A DNA stretch of 50,556 bases from Acidimicrobiales bacterium. GTDB lineage: Bacteria > Actinomycetota > Acidimicrobiia > Acidimicrobiales > RAAP-2. Below the pieces are notes generated by a model. It was not told the DNA's origin. It searched no databases and was given only the letters and a program-made list of their open reading frames with translations. Positions 29,048-38,875 of the stretch are shown piece after piece. A program made the position numbers and the translations under genes. The DNA is taken from assembly GCA_036495505.1 (NCBI GenBank), contig DASXMT010000451.1, positions 1 through 50,556 of the forward strand, given 5' to 3'. Within the stretch, counting starts at the first letter, position 1. The number at the start of each line of letters is the position of its first letter.

Positions 29048-30425
29048 GGGTGCCGCCGTCTGTGCTGGCGTCCCGGGCCCGGGACAACACGCCGGACACC
29101 AGCTTCGGGAGGTCGCCGGCGACCAGCCCCTCGGTTGCCCCGTCGGCCGCGGCACGACCGTGGACGTGGGCGGCGAGCCCGGCGGCCTCGAGCGGGGCCA
29201 CCCCCCGAGCCACGAACGCACCGATCACCCCGGAAAGGACGTCCCCGGTCCCCGCGGTGGCCAACGCCGGAGTTCCGGCCAGGCCGAGGACCACCCGGCC
29301 ATCCACTTCGCCCACGGCAGTGGTCGTGCCCTTGACCAACGCCACCGCTCCCGCCCTCTCGGCCAGCCGTCGGGCGGCGGCGATCCGGTCCCGCTCGGGC
29401 GGCTGACCCATGAGCCGCCGGTACTCCCCGTCGTGCGGCGTGAGCACCACCGCCGACGCAGACGACACGGGTGCGTCGAGGTGGCCCAGTGCGTACAGCC
29501 CGTCCGCGTCCACCACGACAGGGACCGGGGAGCGCTCCACCAGGCGCCGCAGGTCAGCCGCCGTCGAGTCGGCCCTCCCGATGCCCGGGCCCACCACCAC
29601 GACTTGGCACCGCTCGGCCTGGGTCAGGGCCTCATCGGCCCATCCCTCCTTGGGCAAAGGGACGCTCACCGCTTCGGAGGCCGGGGTTCGGCCGACATCG
29701 GCTCCGGGAATCCCCAACCGGACCATTCCGGCGCCGGACCGGTAGGCGGCCATGGCCGACAGCCCCGCCGCCCCGGTCATGCCGGGCGAGCCGGCCACCA
29801 CCAGGACGGCCGAGGTCCATTTGTGATCCTCCCGTTTCCGCGCAGGGAGCAGACCGACGATGTCCCTGTCGGTCATGACATGCACACGGGCTCCCTCGAC
29901 CGGCAACCCAATGTCGGCAACGGTGATCAACCCGGCCAGCCCGGGACCATCGGCCTGGACCAGGCCGGGTTTCAACGCCGCAAAGGTCACGGTCCGGGTG
30001 GCGGCCATCGGTGAGCCCGAAGCCACTCCCGAGTCGCCCTCGACTCCCGACGGGATGTCCACGGCCAATACCGGGGTCCCCGACGGGACGGCGGGTGCCC
30101 GGTACCGGCCCCGGAAGCCGGTGCCGAAGGCGGCGTCGATCACCAGGTCGACGGGGCCGATCCCCGAGGGCGCCTCGGAGGCGTCGATCACCTCGACCCG
30201 GGCGCCCCGACGCCGGAGCAGGGACGCCGCCACCCGGCCGTCGGCCCCGTTGTTCCCCTTCCCGGCCACCACCACGACCCGCCGCCCGTAGGCTCCGCCC
30301 AGCATCTCCAGGGCGACGACAGCCACGGCTGTCCCCGCCCGCTCCACCAGAACGTCGAGCGGCGTGGACGCCTGGGCCCGCGCATCGGTGGCCTGCATCT
30401 CGGCCACGGTGAGCACCGGTCGCAC
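29040..30425 (-). CDS. nnr: Bifunctional NAD(P)H-hydrate epimerase / ADP-dependent dehydratase
   Basis: The N-terminal YjeF_N part has VVAGKGNNGADG and DAAFGTG. The C-terminal carbohydrate-kinase part has VVVGPGIG, TPHDGE, VKG and ATAGTGDVLSG. GTG at 30425 lies 2 nt after the acpS stop. Confidence 0.9.
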   Translation of the reverse strand: MRPVLTVAEMQATDARAQASTPLDVLVERAGTAVAVVALEMLGGAYGRRVVVVAGKGNNGADGRVAASLLRRRGARVEVIDASEAPSGIGPVDLVIDAAFGTGFRGRYRAPAVPSGTPVLAVDIPSGVEGDSGVASGSPMAATRTVTFAALKPGLVQADGPGLAGLITVADIGLPVEGARVHVMTDRDIVGLLPARKREDHKWTSAVLVVAGSPGMTGAAGLSAMAAYRSGAGMVRLGIPGADVGRTPASEAVSVPLPKEGWADEALTQAERCQVVVVGPGIGRADSTAADLRRLVERSPVPVVVDADGLYALGHLDAPVSSASAVVLTPHDGEYRRLMGQPPERDRIAAARRLAERAGAVALVKGTTTAVGEVDGRVVLGLAGTPALATAGTGDVLSGVIGAFVARGVAPLEAAGLAAHVHGRAAADGATEGLVAGDLPKLVSGVLSRARDASTDGGTHG

Positions 30426-30427
30426 GA

Positions 30428-30907
30428 TCAGGCCCCGTTCCCCGCCGGTGCTGGCTCCTTCTCCGCCCGTGCTGTGGTGTTCCCCTCGAGGACCCCGGCG
30501 TTGCCCGCCGGATCCCGCTCGGCCAGGACCGTGGCCATGGCCACCAGATGGGTATGGCTCAACGACAGGTGCCACCGGCCCACACCGGCCCGGGTGGCCA
30601 GCTCTGCGGCCCCACCCGACAGCACCAGGAACGGTGCGTCGAGCCCAGACCTCACCACCTCGACGTCGACGAAGGCGAAGGCCCCGAGGCCGACCCCGAG
30701 GGCCTTCATGGTGGCCTCTTTGGCCGCGAACCGCGTGGCCAACCGGGCCGTCGGGTCGACGGCCCGGGACGCGTAGTCCCGCTCGTTCTCGGTGAACAGG
30801 CGGGTGGACAACCGGGGCCGGCGGACGAGCGTGTCCCGGAACCGGTGCAGGTCGACGGCATCGACCCCGATGCCCACCACCGTCCCGTTCCCCAACGAGC
30901 CCGTCAC
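30428..30907 (-). CDS. acpS: Holo-[acyl-carrier-protein] synthase
   Basis: VVGIGVDAVDLHRF, RFAAKEATMKALG and LSLSHT. GTG at 30907 overlaps the glmS stop (GTGA). There is a ~30-aa C-terminal tail. Confidence 0.85.
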   Translation of the reverse strand: MTGSLGNGTVVGIGVDAVDLHRFRDTLVRRPRLSTRLFTENERDYASRAVDPTARLATRFAAKEATMKALGVGLGAFAFVDVEVVRSGLDAPFLVLSGGAAELATRAGVGRWHLSLSHTHLVAMATVLAERDPAGNAGVLEGNTTARAEKEPAPAGNGA

Positions 30908-32760
30908 TCGACGGTGACCGTCTTGGCCAGGTTCCGAGGCCGGTCCACGTCCAGCCCGTGCAGGCGAGCCAGGGAGTAGGCGAAGAGCTGCAGGGGAACC
31001 ACGTCCACGATCGGGGCGAACAGCTGGTGCGTCTGGGGCACCCACAGGACGGCGTCGGCCCGATCTGCCGTTTCCTCGTCACCGTCGTTGGCCACCAGCA
31101 CCACCGTGGCCCCACGGCTCTTCACCTCTTCGACATTGGCCATCATCTTCTCCCACAGCCGGGTGCGGGTGGCCACCCCGATCACCACCGTGCCCGGCTC
31201 GACCATGGCAATGGGCCCGTGCTTCAACTCGCCGGCAGGGAACCCTTCAGCGCGCAGGTAGGAGAGCTCTTTCAGCTTGAGCGACCCTTCCAGGGCAACC
31301 GGGTAGCCCACGTGTCGCCCGATGAAGATGAAGGTGGGCGAGTGGCGGTACGCACGGGCTACCTGGTCCACGTCGGGTGCCCGGGTCAGCGCCGTCTCCA
31401 CGTGGGCGGGAAGCGCGCTCATGGCCCCCAAGAGGTCGATGGCTTCGGTCGGGTACAGCGTTCCCCGCAACTGGGCCAAGTACAGGGCCAGGATCCCCAA
31501 CGCGGTGATCTGGGCCAGGTGCGTCTTGGTGGCGGCGACGCCGATCTCGGGGCCGGCCCGGGTGTAGAGGACGGCGTCAGCCTCGCGGGCCATCGACGAG
31601 TCGACGACGTTGGAGATGACCAACACCTTGGCGTTCCATCGCCGGGCTTCGCGCAGGGCCTGGAGCGTGTCCACCGTCTCTCCGGACTGGCTCACCCCGA
31701 TCACCAGGGTGCGGGAGTCGAGCACCGGGTCGCGATAGCGGAACTCGCTGGCGATGTCGATCTCCACGGGCAACCGGGCCCAGTGCTCGATGGCGTACTT
31801 GGCCATGAGGCCGGCGTGGTAACTGCTGCCGCAGGCCACGATGAAGATCTTGTCCACAGACCGCAGCTCGTCGTCAGAGAGCCGCACCTCGTCGAGGGCC
31901 AGTGAGCCATCAGGGAGCTGACGACCGAGCATGGTGTCGGCAACCGCCCGAGGCTGCTCGTGCATCTCCTTGCTCATGTAATCGTCGTAGCCGTCCTTGC
32001 GGGCGGCATCGAGGTCCCAGTCCACGCTGAGCGGCTTGGGCGAGATCTCGGTGCCGTCCATGGTGGTCACCCGGATGGACCCCGGCCGCAGTTCGGCGAC
32101 CTCGTCGTCCTCGAGGAGGAAGAAGGTACGGGTCCGGCCCAACAGGGCGGGGATGTCCGAGGCCAGGAAGGCCTCGCTGTCGGTCACGCCCATGATGAGC
32201 GGCGACACCCGGCGGGCGGCCACGATGAGGTCGGGCTCGTCACGGCTGACCACGGCCAGGGCGAAGGCCCCCCGGACCCGGCGCAGGGCGGCACGGACGG
32301 CACCGACCAGGCCACCGGCCGGGTTGAGGAGAAGGGCCGATTCGACCAGGTGGGCCAGCACCTCGGTGTCGGTCTCGGACTCCAGGTCGTGCTCCACCTT
32401 GAAGAGCTCGTCCGAGAGCTCATGGTGGTTCTCGATGATCCCGTTGTGGATCAGGGCGATGCGGCCGGTGCAGTCCATGTGAGGATGGGCGTTGGTCACC
32501 GATGGTCGGCCGTGGGTGGCCCATCGAGTGTGGCCAATCCCGGTGATCCCGGACGTCGGGGCCATGGCTGCTTGTTTGGTCAGCTCGTCGAGCGACTGCG
32601 TGCCGTGTGCCGCCCGGCCCCGCCACAGGCTGCCATCGCCCCCGGGGGGGACCAGGGCGATGCCGGCCGAGTCATAGCCGCGGTACTCCAGCCGGGACAG
32701 GCCTTCGAGCAGGACGTCGCGTGTGTCGTCGCTACCGGTCACGCCGATGATGCCGCACAT
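30904..32760 (-). CDS. glmS: Glutamine--fructose-6-phosphate aminotransferase (isomerising)
   Basis: 618 aa with MCGIIGV (N-terminal Cys nucleophile), two SIS domains and a C-terminal ...AKTVTVE. Confidence 0.97.
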   Translation of the reverse strand: MCGIIGVTGSDDTRDVLLEGLSRLEYRGYDSAGIALVPPGGDGSLWRGRAAHGTQSLDELTKQAAMAPTSGITGIGHTRWATHGRPSVTNAHPHMDCTGRIALIHNGIIENHHELSDELFKVEHDLESETDTEVLAHLVESALLLNPAGGLVGAVRAALRRVRGAFALAVVSRDEPDLIVAARRVSPLIMGVTDSEAFLASDIPALLGRTRTFFLLEDDEVAELRPGSIRVTTMDGTEISPKPLSVDWDLDAARKDGYDDYMSKEMHEQPRAVADTMLGRQLPDGSLALDEVRLSDDELRSVDKIFIVACGSSYHAGLMAKYAIEHWARLPVEIDIASEFRYRDPVLDSRTLVIGVSQSGETVDTLQALREARRWNAKVLVISNVVDSSMAREADAVLYTRAGPEIGVAATKTHLAQITALGILALYLAQLRGTLYPTEAIDLLGAMSALPAHVETALTRAPDVDQVARAYRHSPTFIFIGRHVGYPVALEGSLKLKELSYLRAEGFPAGELKHGPIAMVEPGTVVIGVATRTRLWEKMMANVEEVKSRGATVVLVANDGDEETADRADAVLWVPQTHQLFAPIVDVVPLQLFAYSLARLHGLDVDRPRNLAKTVTVE

Positions 32761-32781
32761 GGGCTACGAGGCTACCTGTAC

Positions 32782-32820
32782 GGCAGGCCGTGACCATGCC
32801 TCTAGGGCAGGCCGTGACCA
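32782..32820. repeat. Perfect 15-bp direct repeat GGCAGGCCGTGACCA x2 (24-bp period) in the glmM-glmS spacer
   Basis: Copies lie at 32782-32796 and 32806-32820 inside the 85-nt spacer. Confidence 0.9.
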
Positions 32821-32845
32821 CTCCTGGTGGCCGTCAGCCGGTGGA

Positions 32846-34213
32846 TCAACCCGGCGTGGCCGCCGCCGCTTGGAGCTCGTAGGCGACGAGGGCGCTCAAC
32901 CGTTGGGCGATCTCCTCGGCCACGCCCTCGCCGGACGCCTCGACCATGACCCGGACCAGGGGCTCGGTCCCACTGGGCCGCAGCAGCACCCGGCCGGTCT
33001 CGGACAAGCGCTCCTGCTCCTCCGCCACCGCCGACCAGACGGCGCCGGCGCCCGCCAGCAGCTCGGTGTTGGGCACGGGCACGTTGACCAGTACCTGGGG
33101 CACCCGGATGATCAGGCCCGAGACCAGCTCGGCGAGCGGCTTTCCCATCCGGGTCACCAGGTCGGCCAGGACCAGCCCGGTCAGCAGGCCGTCGCCGGTG
33201 GAGGCCATCTCGCGGAACACGATGTGCACGGACTGCTCGCCGCCGAGGGCCAAGCCGTCGACGTCCAGCGCGGCCAACACGTACCGGTCCCCGACCGGTG
33301 TCTCTTTCACCACGATGCCCCGCTCGGCCATGGCCAGCCGGAAGCCCAGGTTGGTCATCACCGTGACCACCACGGTGTTCCCGGCCAGCAGCCCGCGATC
33401 GGCCAGGTCCACGGCGAACAGGGCCAGGAGCTCGTCACCGCCGATGACGGTCCCGGTGTGGTCGACGGCCAGGAGCCGATCGGCATCACCGTCAAGGGCA
33501 AGGCCCAGGTCGGCGTGGCGCTCGAGCACGGCGGCAGCCAAGGTCTCGGTGTGGGTCGATCCGTATCCGGCATTGATGTTGCTGCCGTCGGGGTCGGCGC
33601 CGATGACCACGACGTCGGCTCCCAGGGACTCGAACACCTCCCCGCCCAGGGCGGAGGCGGCCCCGTTGGCACAGTCGACCACAAGCCGCATCCCGTCCAA
33701 CCGTCGACCCTCGAGCGATCCCACCAGGTGGTCGATATAGGCGGCTCCGGGATCGGGCTCGGTGATCAGGCGGCCGACACCATGCCCCTCGGGGTTTCGC
33801 GGTCCGCGGACGTTCGGGTCGAGGATGCTCACCATGGCGTCCTCGATGGCCGCTTCCGTCTCGGCGCTGAGCTTGGTGCCACCCCGGGCAAAGAGCTTGA
33901 TCCCGTTGTCGGCGAAGGGGTTGTGGGAGGCCGACACCACAGCGGCGGGGAGATCCCGCTGGGCGGACATCCAGGCCACGGCGGGGGTGGGCAGGACGCC
34001 GGCATCGATCACGTCGGCCCCCTCGCCGGCCAACCCGGCGGCCAGGGCCGCCTGCAAGAGGGGCCCCGAGCGGCGGGTGTCCCGGCCGACGATGAAGGCG
34101 GGGGCCGGCAGGATGCGTGCCGTGGCCCGTCCGAGAGCGAGGACCAGCTCGGGCGTGAGCTCGGCGTTGGCCACACCCCTCACGCCATCGGTGCCGAAAC
34201 GGGCCTGCACCAT
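32846..34213 (-). CDS. glmM: Phosphoglucosamine mutase
   Basis: 455 aa with FGTDGVRG, SASHNPFADNGIK (phosphoserine loop), GDGDADR and RPSGTEP. Confidence 0.95.
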   Translation of the reverse strand: MVQARFGTDGVRGVANAELTPELVLALGRATARILPAPAFIVGRDTRRSGPLLQAALAAGLAGEGADVIDAGVLPTPAVAWMSAQRDLPAAVVSASHNPFADNGIKLFARGGTKLSAETEAAIEDAMVSILDPNVRGPRNPEGHGVGRLITEPDPGAAYIDHLVGSLEGRRLDGMRLVVDCANGAASALGGEVFESLGADVVVIGADPDGSNINAGYGSTHTETLAAAVLERHADLGLALDGDADRLLAVDHTGTVIGGDELLALFAVDLADRGLLAGNTVVVTVMTNLGFRLAMAERGIVVKETPVGDRYVLAALDVDGLALGGEQSVHIVFREMASTGDGLLTGLVLADLVTRMGKPLAELVSGLIIRVPQVLVNVPVPNTELLAGAGAVWSAVAEEQERLSETGRVLLRPSGTEPLVRVMVEASGEGVAEEIAQRLSALVAYELQAAAATPG

Positions 34214-34223
34214 GGGCTCGGAG

Positions 34224-34619
34224 CTACCGCTTCGAGTACTGGGGTGCCTTGCGGGCCTTTTTCAGGCCGTACTTCTTGCTTTCCTTCTCCCGAGCATCAC
34301 GGGTGAGGAAGCCGGCCTTCTTCAAGGCGGCACGGAGCTCGGGATCGAGCGAGCACAGTGCCCGGGCGATGCCCAGACGGAAGGCGCCGGCCTGGCCGGA
34401 CACCCCGCCGCCATCGATGGTCACATCGATGTTCCACATCTCGGTCGTCTCGGTCAGCCGGAGCGGCTCGGTCACGATCATCCGGTGGGTGGCCGAGGTG
34501 AAGTAGTCCTCGAACTTGTGCTTGTTGACGGTGATGGTGCCGTCCCCGGAACGGAACCGCACACGGGCCACAGCCTGTTTGCGGCGTCCGGTGGTCTGGC
34601 AGAGGGGGGTGTTGGCCAC
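34224..34619 (-). CDS. rpsI: 30S ribosomal protein S9
   Basis: 131 aa with [10 protein letters not shown] and a C-terminal ...RKAPQYSKR. Confidence 0.95.
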   Translation of the reverse strand: MANTPLCQTTGRRKQAVARVRFRSGDGTITVNKHKFEDYFTSATHRMIVTEPLRLTETTEMWNIDVTIDGGGVSGQAGAFRLGIARALCSLDPELRAALKKAGFLTRDAREKESKKYGLKKARKAPQYSKR

Positions 34620-34657
34620 GAGGAGCTCCTAGTCGTCTTTTCGTTCGGGTGCCGGGC

Positions 34658-35125
34658 TCAGGATCCGCCGCGGGTGGAAGCCAGCCGGCGGGCACCGGGC
34701 AGGTCCAACGGCGCGGGGGACTGCGCAGCATGAGGATGGTCGGGACCGGCGTAGACCTTCAGCTTGTCGAGCATCTGGCGTCCCAGCCGGTTCTTCGGCA
34801 GCATGCCCCGGACCGCGTTCCGCACCACTTCTTCAGGGCGGTCCTCCAACAGCCGGGCATACGACGTCGCCGTCAGACCACCGGGATACCCACTATGCCG
34901 GTAGGCCACCTTGGTGTCGGCCTTGCCCGCGGTCAACACGACCTTGGCCGCATTGACCACCACCACGTGGTCGCCGGTGTCGACATGGGGGGCGAAGATG
35001 GGCTTGTGCTTGCCCCGGAGGATGGAAGCCACTTCGGTGGCCAGGCGGCCCAGCACCATATCCTCGGCATCGACGAGATGCCAGGCACGGGTGATGTCAG
35101 CGGGCTTGGGGGAGAACGTGCGCAC
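34658..35125 (-). CDS. rplM: 50S ribosomal protein L13
   Basis: (V)[28 protein letters not shown], with GTG at 35125 lying 6 nt after AAGGA. The ORF-track upstream extension was discarded. Confidence 0.93.
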   Translation of the reverse strand: MRTFSPKPADITRAWHLVDAEDMVLGRLATEVASILRGKHKPIFAPHVDTGDHVVVVNAAKVVLTAGKADTKVAYRHSGYPGGLTATSYARLLEDRPEEVVRNAVRGMLPKNRLGRQMLDKLKVYAGPDHPHAAQSPAPLDLPGARRLASTRGGS

Positions 35126-35277
35126 TAAAGGTCCTTGTTCGGTGATGCCGGGGCTGCCATGGCGAGCCGGTTCGGAGCCAAATCGCCTGTGTCGCTCATC
35201 TCTGAGCCAACCGTCCGGCGACAACGGGTTGTCGGCCAACGGTCACGAGCGGTCACGGGCGAACCCAGCGGACCACA

Positions 35278-35307
35278 AGGATACGACGAAAGTGCCCAGG
35301 TCGGCAA
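35278..35307 (-). promoter_or_regulatory. Candidate rplM-rpsI promoter
   Basis: On the minus strand, TTGCCG (35307-35302), an 18-nt spacer and TATCCT (35283-35278). This would give a ~145-nt leader. Confidence 0.3.
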
Positions 35308-35341
35308 GCCGCCTGGCCGAGCACGCCCGGAGGCAGGTGCC

Positions 35342-35369
35342 AGAGCCCGGCCCCGGGCCGTGGGGCTCT
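35342..35369 (-). terminator. GC-rich hairpin after truA (possible terminator/attenuator)
   Basis: On the minus-strand RNA, AGAGCCC...GGGCUCU forms a 7-bp outer stem with an inner GGCC/GGCC pairing. No U tract follows. Confidence 0.3.
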
Positions 35370-35409
35370 ACCGCCGCCGAGGCCTCGATGTGATCGCCGG
35401 CTCACGGCA

Positions 35410-36381
35410 TCAGGAGCCATAGCGGACGGCGACCAGGCACAACCCGTGCGGCGGGGCGGGCTGGGAGGCCTGCTGGCGATCAGCGGAACGGAGGATCCAC
35501 AGCATGTCTGACGCCCGTTTCCGACCCCGACCCACGTCGACCAGGGTGCCGACCAGCGAGCGGACCATCTGGTGACAGAAGGCGTTGGCCTCGATCTCGA
35601 AGGCCACGAGGGCGCCCTCGGCCGGGAGGAGAGCGGCATGGCCGTCTGCCCCGGTGGGCGACGAACGGGCGCCCCGGCCGCCGGATCCACCTCGGGCCCC
35701 GTCTCCGTCCACCACCGACCACCGGGCGTCGACTACCCGCCGTGTGATGGGATCGTCAGGCGACGCGCCGGGAACCCGACGGCAAAAGGCGCGAAAGTCA
35801 TGCTCCCCCACGAGGGCGTCGGAGGCGGCAGCCATGGCCCGGAGGTCGAGCTCGTCCGACACATGCCAGGCCAGGCCGGCCAGCAGCGGGTCCGCCACCG
35901 GTGCGTTGACCACCAGATAGCGGTACCGGCGGCCCGTCGCCGAGCGTCGGGCGTCGAAACCGGCAGGGGCAGGCCCGGCCTCTCGCACCACGATGGCCGG
36001 CCCCAGCTGCCGGTTGCACGAACGCAGGAGAACCTCGGGATCGAGGCCGGTGGCGAGTGGGGCCGGGAGATCCACGTGCACCACCTGGTCCTGGGCGTGG
36101 ACACCGGTGTCGGTCCGCCCCGCGCAGGTGAGGGTCACAGCCGACCGGGTCACCCGGCCCAGGGCCGCGCTGAGGGCGCCGGCAACCGTCGCCTGGCCAT
36201 TCTGGGCGGCAAAACCATGGAAACCGGACCCGTTGTAGGCGATCCGGAGACGCCAGCGGACCGTCTCCCCGTCGGCTGTGCCTGATTCGGCTCCGACGCC
36301 TGTGCCTGATTCGGCCTCGGTCCCCCGATCCGTGGGGCGGCCGGGTGGGCCAGACCCCCCGGCCGGGGGGACCAGCCTCAA
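35410..36381 (-). CDS. truA: tRNA pseudouridine(38-40) synthase
   Basis: [17 protein letters not shown] and [11 protein letters not shown] (catalytic Asp), with FCHQMVR near the C-terminus. The only near start is TTG at 36381, overlapping the rplQ stop (TTGA). There is a ~40-aa low-complexity N-terminal extension. Confidence 0.85.
   Translation of the reverse strand: MRLVPPAGGSGPPGRPTDRGTEAESGTGVGAESGTADGETVRWRLRIAYNGSGFHGFAAQNGQATVAGALSAALGRVTRSAVTLTCAGRTDTGVHAQDQVVHVDLPAPLATGLDPEVLLRSCNRQLGPAIVVREAGPAPAGFDARRSATGRRYRYLVVNAPVADPLLAGLAWHVSDELDLRAMAAASDALVGEHDFRAFCRRVPGASPDDPITRRVVDARWSVVDGDGARGGSGGRGARSSPTGADGHAALLPAEGALVAFEIEANAFCHQMVRSLVGTLVDVGRGRKRASDMLWILRSADRQQASQPAPPHGLCLVAVRYGS
36277..36315 (-). 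repeat. 15-bp direct repeat TGTGCCTGATTCGGC x2 (24-bp period) in the truA 5' coding region
   Basis: Copies lie at 36277-36291 and 36301-36315. They encode AESGT twice. Confidence 0.85.
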
Positions 36382-36731
36382 ACCAGTTCGATGCGGGCCA
36401 TCGGAGCGTTGTCGCCCTGACGGTTCCCGAGCTTCAAGATGCGGAGGTAGCCACCGGGCCGGTCGGCGTAGCGGGGTCCGATCTCTTCGAAGAGCTTGTG
36501 GGCCATGTCCTTGTCCCGGATGAACGCCACCACCTGGCGGTGACGATGGAGACCGCCCTTGGCTGCGGCGGTGATGCACTTTTCGGCCACCGGGCGGAGC
36601 GCCTTGGCCTTGGCCTCGGTGGTGACCAGGGACTCCGCTGCGATCAGGGAGGCGACCAGGTTTCCCATCATGGCCTTCTGATGGGCCGAGCTGCCGCCGA
36701 ATCGGCGGCCTTTCTTCGGGGTTCCGAGCAT
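36378..36731 (-). CDS. rplQ: 50S ribosomal protein L17
   Basis: 117 aa with [24 protein letters not shown] and [10 protein letters not shown]. Confidence 0.95.
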   Translation of the reverse strand: MLGTPKKGRRFGGSSAHQKAMMGNLVASLIAAESLVTTEAKAKALRPVAEKCITAAAKGGLHRHRQVVAFIRDKDMAHKLFEEIGPRYADRPGGYLRILKLGNRQGDNAPMARIELV

Positions 36732-36735
36732 GACG

Positions 36736-37674
36736 TCAGTCCTTCACCCGCAGGGACAGGCCCCGCTCATCGAGCTTCTGGAGCACCTCGTCGAGCGACT
36801 TCTGCCCGAAGTTGGTGATGTTCAACAGGTCGTCCAACGAGCGGTCTACCAGCTCGCCGATGGTGTTGATCTGGGCCCGCTTCAGGCAGTTGCGAGGCCG
36901 TTCGGTGAGGTCCAGGTCCTCGATGCGGAGGTCGAGATCCGGCGAACCGGTACCGACCGTGCCCACTTCGCCCAGCTCCAGGCCCTGGGGCGCGTCCTCC
37001 AGGTCGGCGACCAGGCCGACCAGGGTGCGCAGCGTGTCACCGGCCGAAGCCAGCGCCTCGCGGGGGGACAGGGAACCGTCGGTCTCGATGTCGAGGACGA
37101 GGCGGTCGAAGTCGGTCGACTGCTCCACCCGGACGGGCTCGACCGTGAAGGCCACCCGGCGCACCGGGGAGAAGATGGCGTCGACCGGGATCACCCCGAT
37201 GACCGACGAGCGCTTGTTCTTGTCAGCCGACGCATAGCCCCGGCCCCGCTCTACCGTCAGGTCGACAGCCAACCGGCCCTTGCTGTTCAGCGAGGCAATG
37301 TGCTGGGCGGGGCTGAGCACCTCGACGTCTGCGGTGACCTGGATGTCACCGGCGGTGGCATCGCCGGGCCCCCGCTTGTCCAGGCGAACCGTCACCGGCT
37401 CGTCGCTGTGCACCTTGAACAGGACGTCCTTCAGGTTCAACAGCAGGTCGGTGATGTCCTCTTTCACGCCTGGCAAGGTGGTGAACTCGTGGAGGGCCTC
37501 GTCAAAGCGCACCTGGGTGACAGATGCGCCCGGGATGGACGACAACAGGGTGCGGCGCAGAGAGTTGCCCAGGGTGTGGCCAAAGCCGGGATCGAGAGGA
37601 CCCACGGCAAACCGCTGCCGGTTGTCCTCTGGTTCGCCGATGGCTTCGACGGTAGGTCGCTGGATGATGAGCAT
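36736..37674 (-). CDS. rpoA: DNA-directed RNA polymerase alpha subunit
   Basis: [41 protein letters not shown] plus the C-terminal domain [22 protein letters not shown]. The chosen ATG is at 37674. Confidence 0.95.
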   Translation of the reverse strand: MLIIQRPTVEAIGEPEDNRQRFAVGPLDPGFGHTLGNSLRRTLLSSIPGASVTQVRFDEALHEFTTLPGVKEDITDLLLNLKDVLFKVHSDEPVTVRLDKRGPGDATAGDIQVTADVEVLSPAQHIASLNSKGRLAVDLTVERGRGYASADKNKRSSVIGVIPVDAIFSPVRRVAFTVEPVRVEQSTDFDRLVLDIETDGSLSPREALASAGDTLRTLVGLVADLEDAPQGLELGEVGTVGTGSPDLDLRIEDLDLTERPRNCLKRAQINTIGELVDRSLDDLLNITNFGQKSLDEVLQKLDERGLSLRVKD

Positions 37675-37783
37675 GCTGATCGTGGCTCCTCGACGTGTGT
37701 TGCTCAGGTCTGGTGCTAGTGGGCTGCTGAGTGGTGCTGACTGGCTCGGCGCCGTGCCCGGCGCGCGGGGTACTGCGGTGGTC

Positions 37784-38431
37784 CTACTTGGAGTACAGCT
37801 CGACGATGAGCTGCTCTTGCACGGGCTCGTCGATGTGCTCGCGCAGTGGGAGCGAGAACACCTTGACGGCGAATTTGTCCCCGACCGTCTCCAGCCATGG
37901 GGGGAGCTGGCGATCGAGGGTGTCCATGTTCCGCCGGACCGGGAACAGCTCACGAGACGACTGCTTCAGGCTGATGACGTCGTCCTTGTGAACCCGGTAG
38001 CTGGGAATGGTGACCCGCTTGCCGTTCACCTGGACATGCCCGTGGCGCACGAACTGGCGGGCCTGGGAACGGCTGGCGCCCCACCCGGCCCGGAAGGCCA
38101 CGTTGTCGAGACGGAGCTCGAGCATGCGCAACAGGTTCTCGCCGGTGATGCCCGGGGCCCGGCTGGCTTCGCCGTACAGGTTCCGGAACTGCTTCTCGAG
38201 CAGTCCGTAGATGCGGCGCGCCTTCTGCTTCTCGCGCAGCTGGCCCAGGTACTCCGAGCCCTGCCGCATGCGGTCGCGGCCGTGCTCGCCAGGCGGATAG
38301 GCGCGGCTGTGGCGGTCGGTGACCGCCTCAGAAACGGGGCACTTCATCGAATAGCAGCGCTCTCCCTTCAAAAAGAGCTTGGTGCGCTCCCGGCGACAAA
38401 GCCGGCAGACAGGTCCGGTGTATCTGGCCAT
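37784..38431 (-). CDS. rpsD: 30S ribosomal protein S4 (Cys4 zinc-finger form)
   Basis: 215 aa starting MARYTGPVCRLCRRERTKLFLKGERCYSMKC. Confidence 0.95.
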   Translation of the reverse strand: MARYTGPVCRLCRRERTKLFLKGERCYSMKCPVSEAVTDRHSRAYPPGEHGRDRMRQGSEYLGQLREKQKARRIYGLLEKQFRNLYGEASRAPGITGENLLRMLELRLDNVAFRAGWGASRSQARQFVRHGHVQVNGKRVTIPSYRVHKDDVISLKQSSRELFPVRRNMDTLDRQLPPWLETVGDKFAVKVFSLPLREHIDEPVQEQLIVELYSK

Positions 38432-38467
38432 ATGTGTTTCCTCTGATCCCTTCGATCTTCGCCCGGC

Positions 38468-38875
38468 TCAGACCCGGCGCCGCTTCTTGGGGCGGCAGCC
38501 GTTGTGCGGGATGGGGGTGACGTCTTTGATGCCGGCCACTTCGATGCCGGCGGCGGCCAGGGACCTGATGGCCGTCTCCCGGCCCGAGCCCGGGCCACGG
38601 ACGAGCACGTCGACCCGGCGGACGCCGTGCTCCATGGCCTTTTTGGCGCAGGACTCCGCAGCCAGCTGGGCCGCGAACGGCGTGGACTTGCGTGAACCCT
38701 TGAACCCGACGTTTCCGGCAGAGGCCCAGGCGAGCACGTTGCCCTCGGGGTCGGCGATGGACACGATGGTGTTGTTGAACGAGCTCTTGATGTGGGCGAC
38801 GCCGAACGCGATGTTCTTGCGCTCCTTGCGACGGGGCCGACGGGCGGCGCCCGCGGCTTTGGTGGGCTTGGCCAT
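38468..38875 (-). CDS. rpsK: 30S ribosomal protein S11
   Basis: 135 aa with [16 protein letters not shown] and [11 protein letters not shown]. Confidence 0.95.
   Translation of the reverse strand: MAKPTKAAGAARRPRRKERKNIAFGVAHIKSSFNNTIVSIADPEGNVLAWASAGNVGFKGSRKSTPFAAQLAAESCAKKAMEHGVRRVDVLVRGPGSGRETAIRSLAAAGIEVAGIKDVTPIPHNGCRPKKRRRV

Noticed and set aside
32761-32845. glmS ribozyme upstream of glmS
   Set aside because: The spacer is only 85 nt, far shorter than the ribozyme core, and I see none of its conserved segments. The direct repeat is reported as a separate finding instead.
36373-36579. truA starting at the ORF-track start (36579) or at CTG 36375
   Set aside because: The start at 36579 would overlap rplQ by ~200 nt. 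A TTG at 36381 forming TTGA with the rplQ stop is a canonical alternative, so the CTG hypothesis is unnecessary here.
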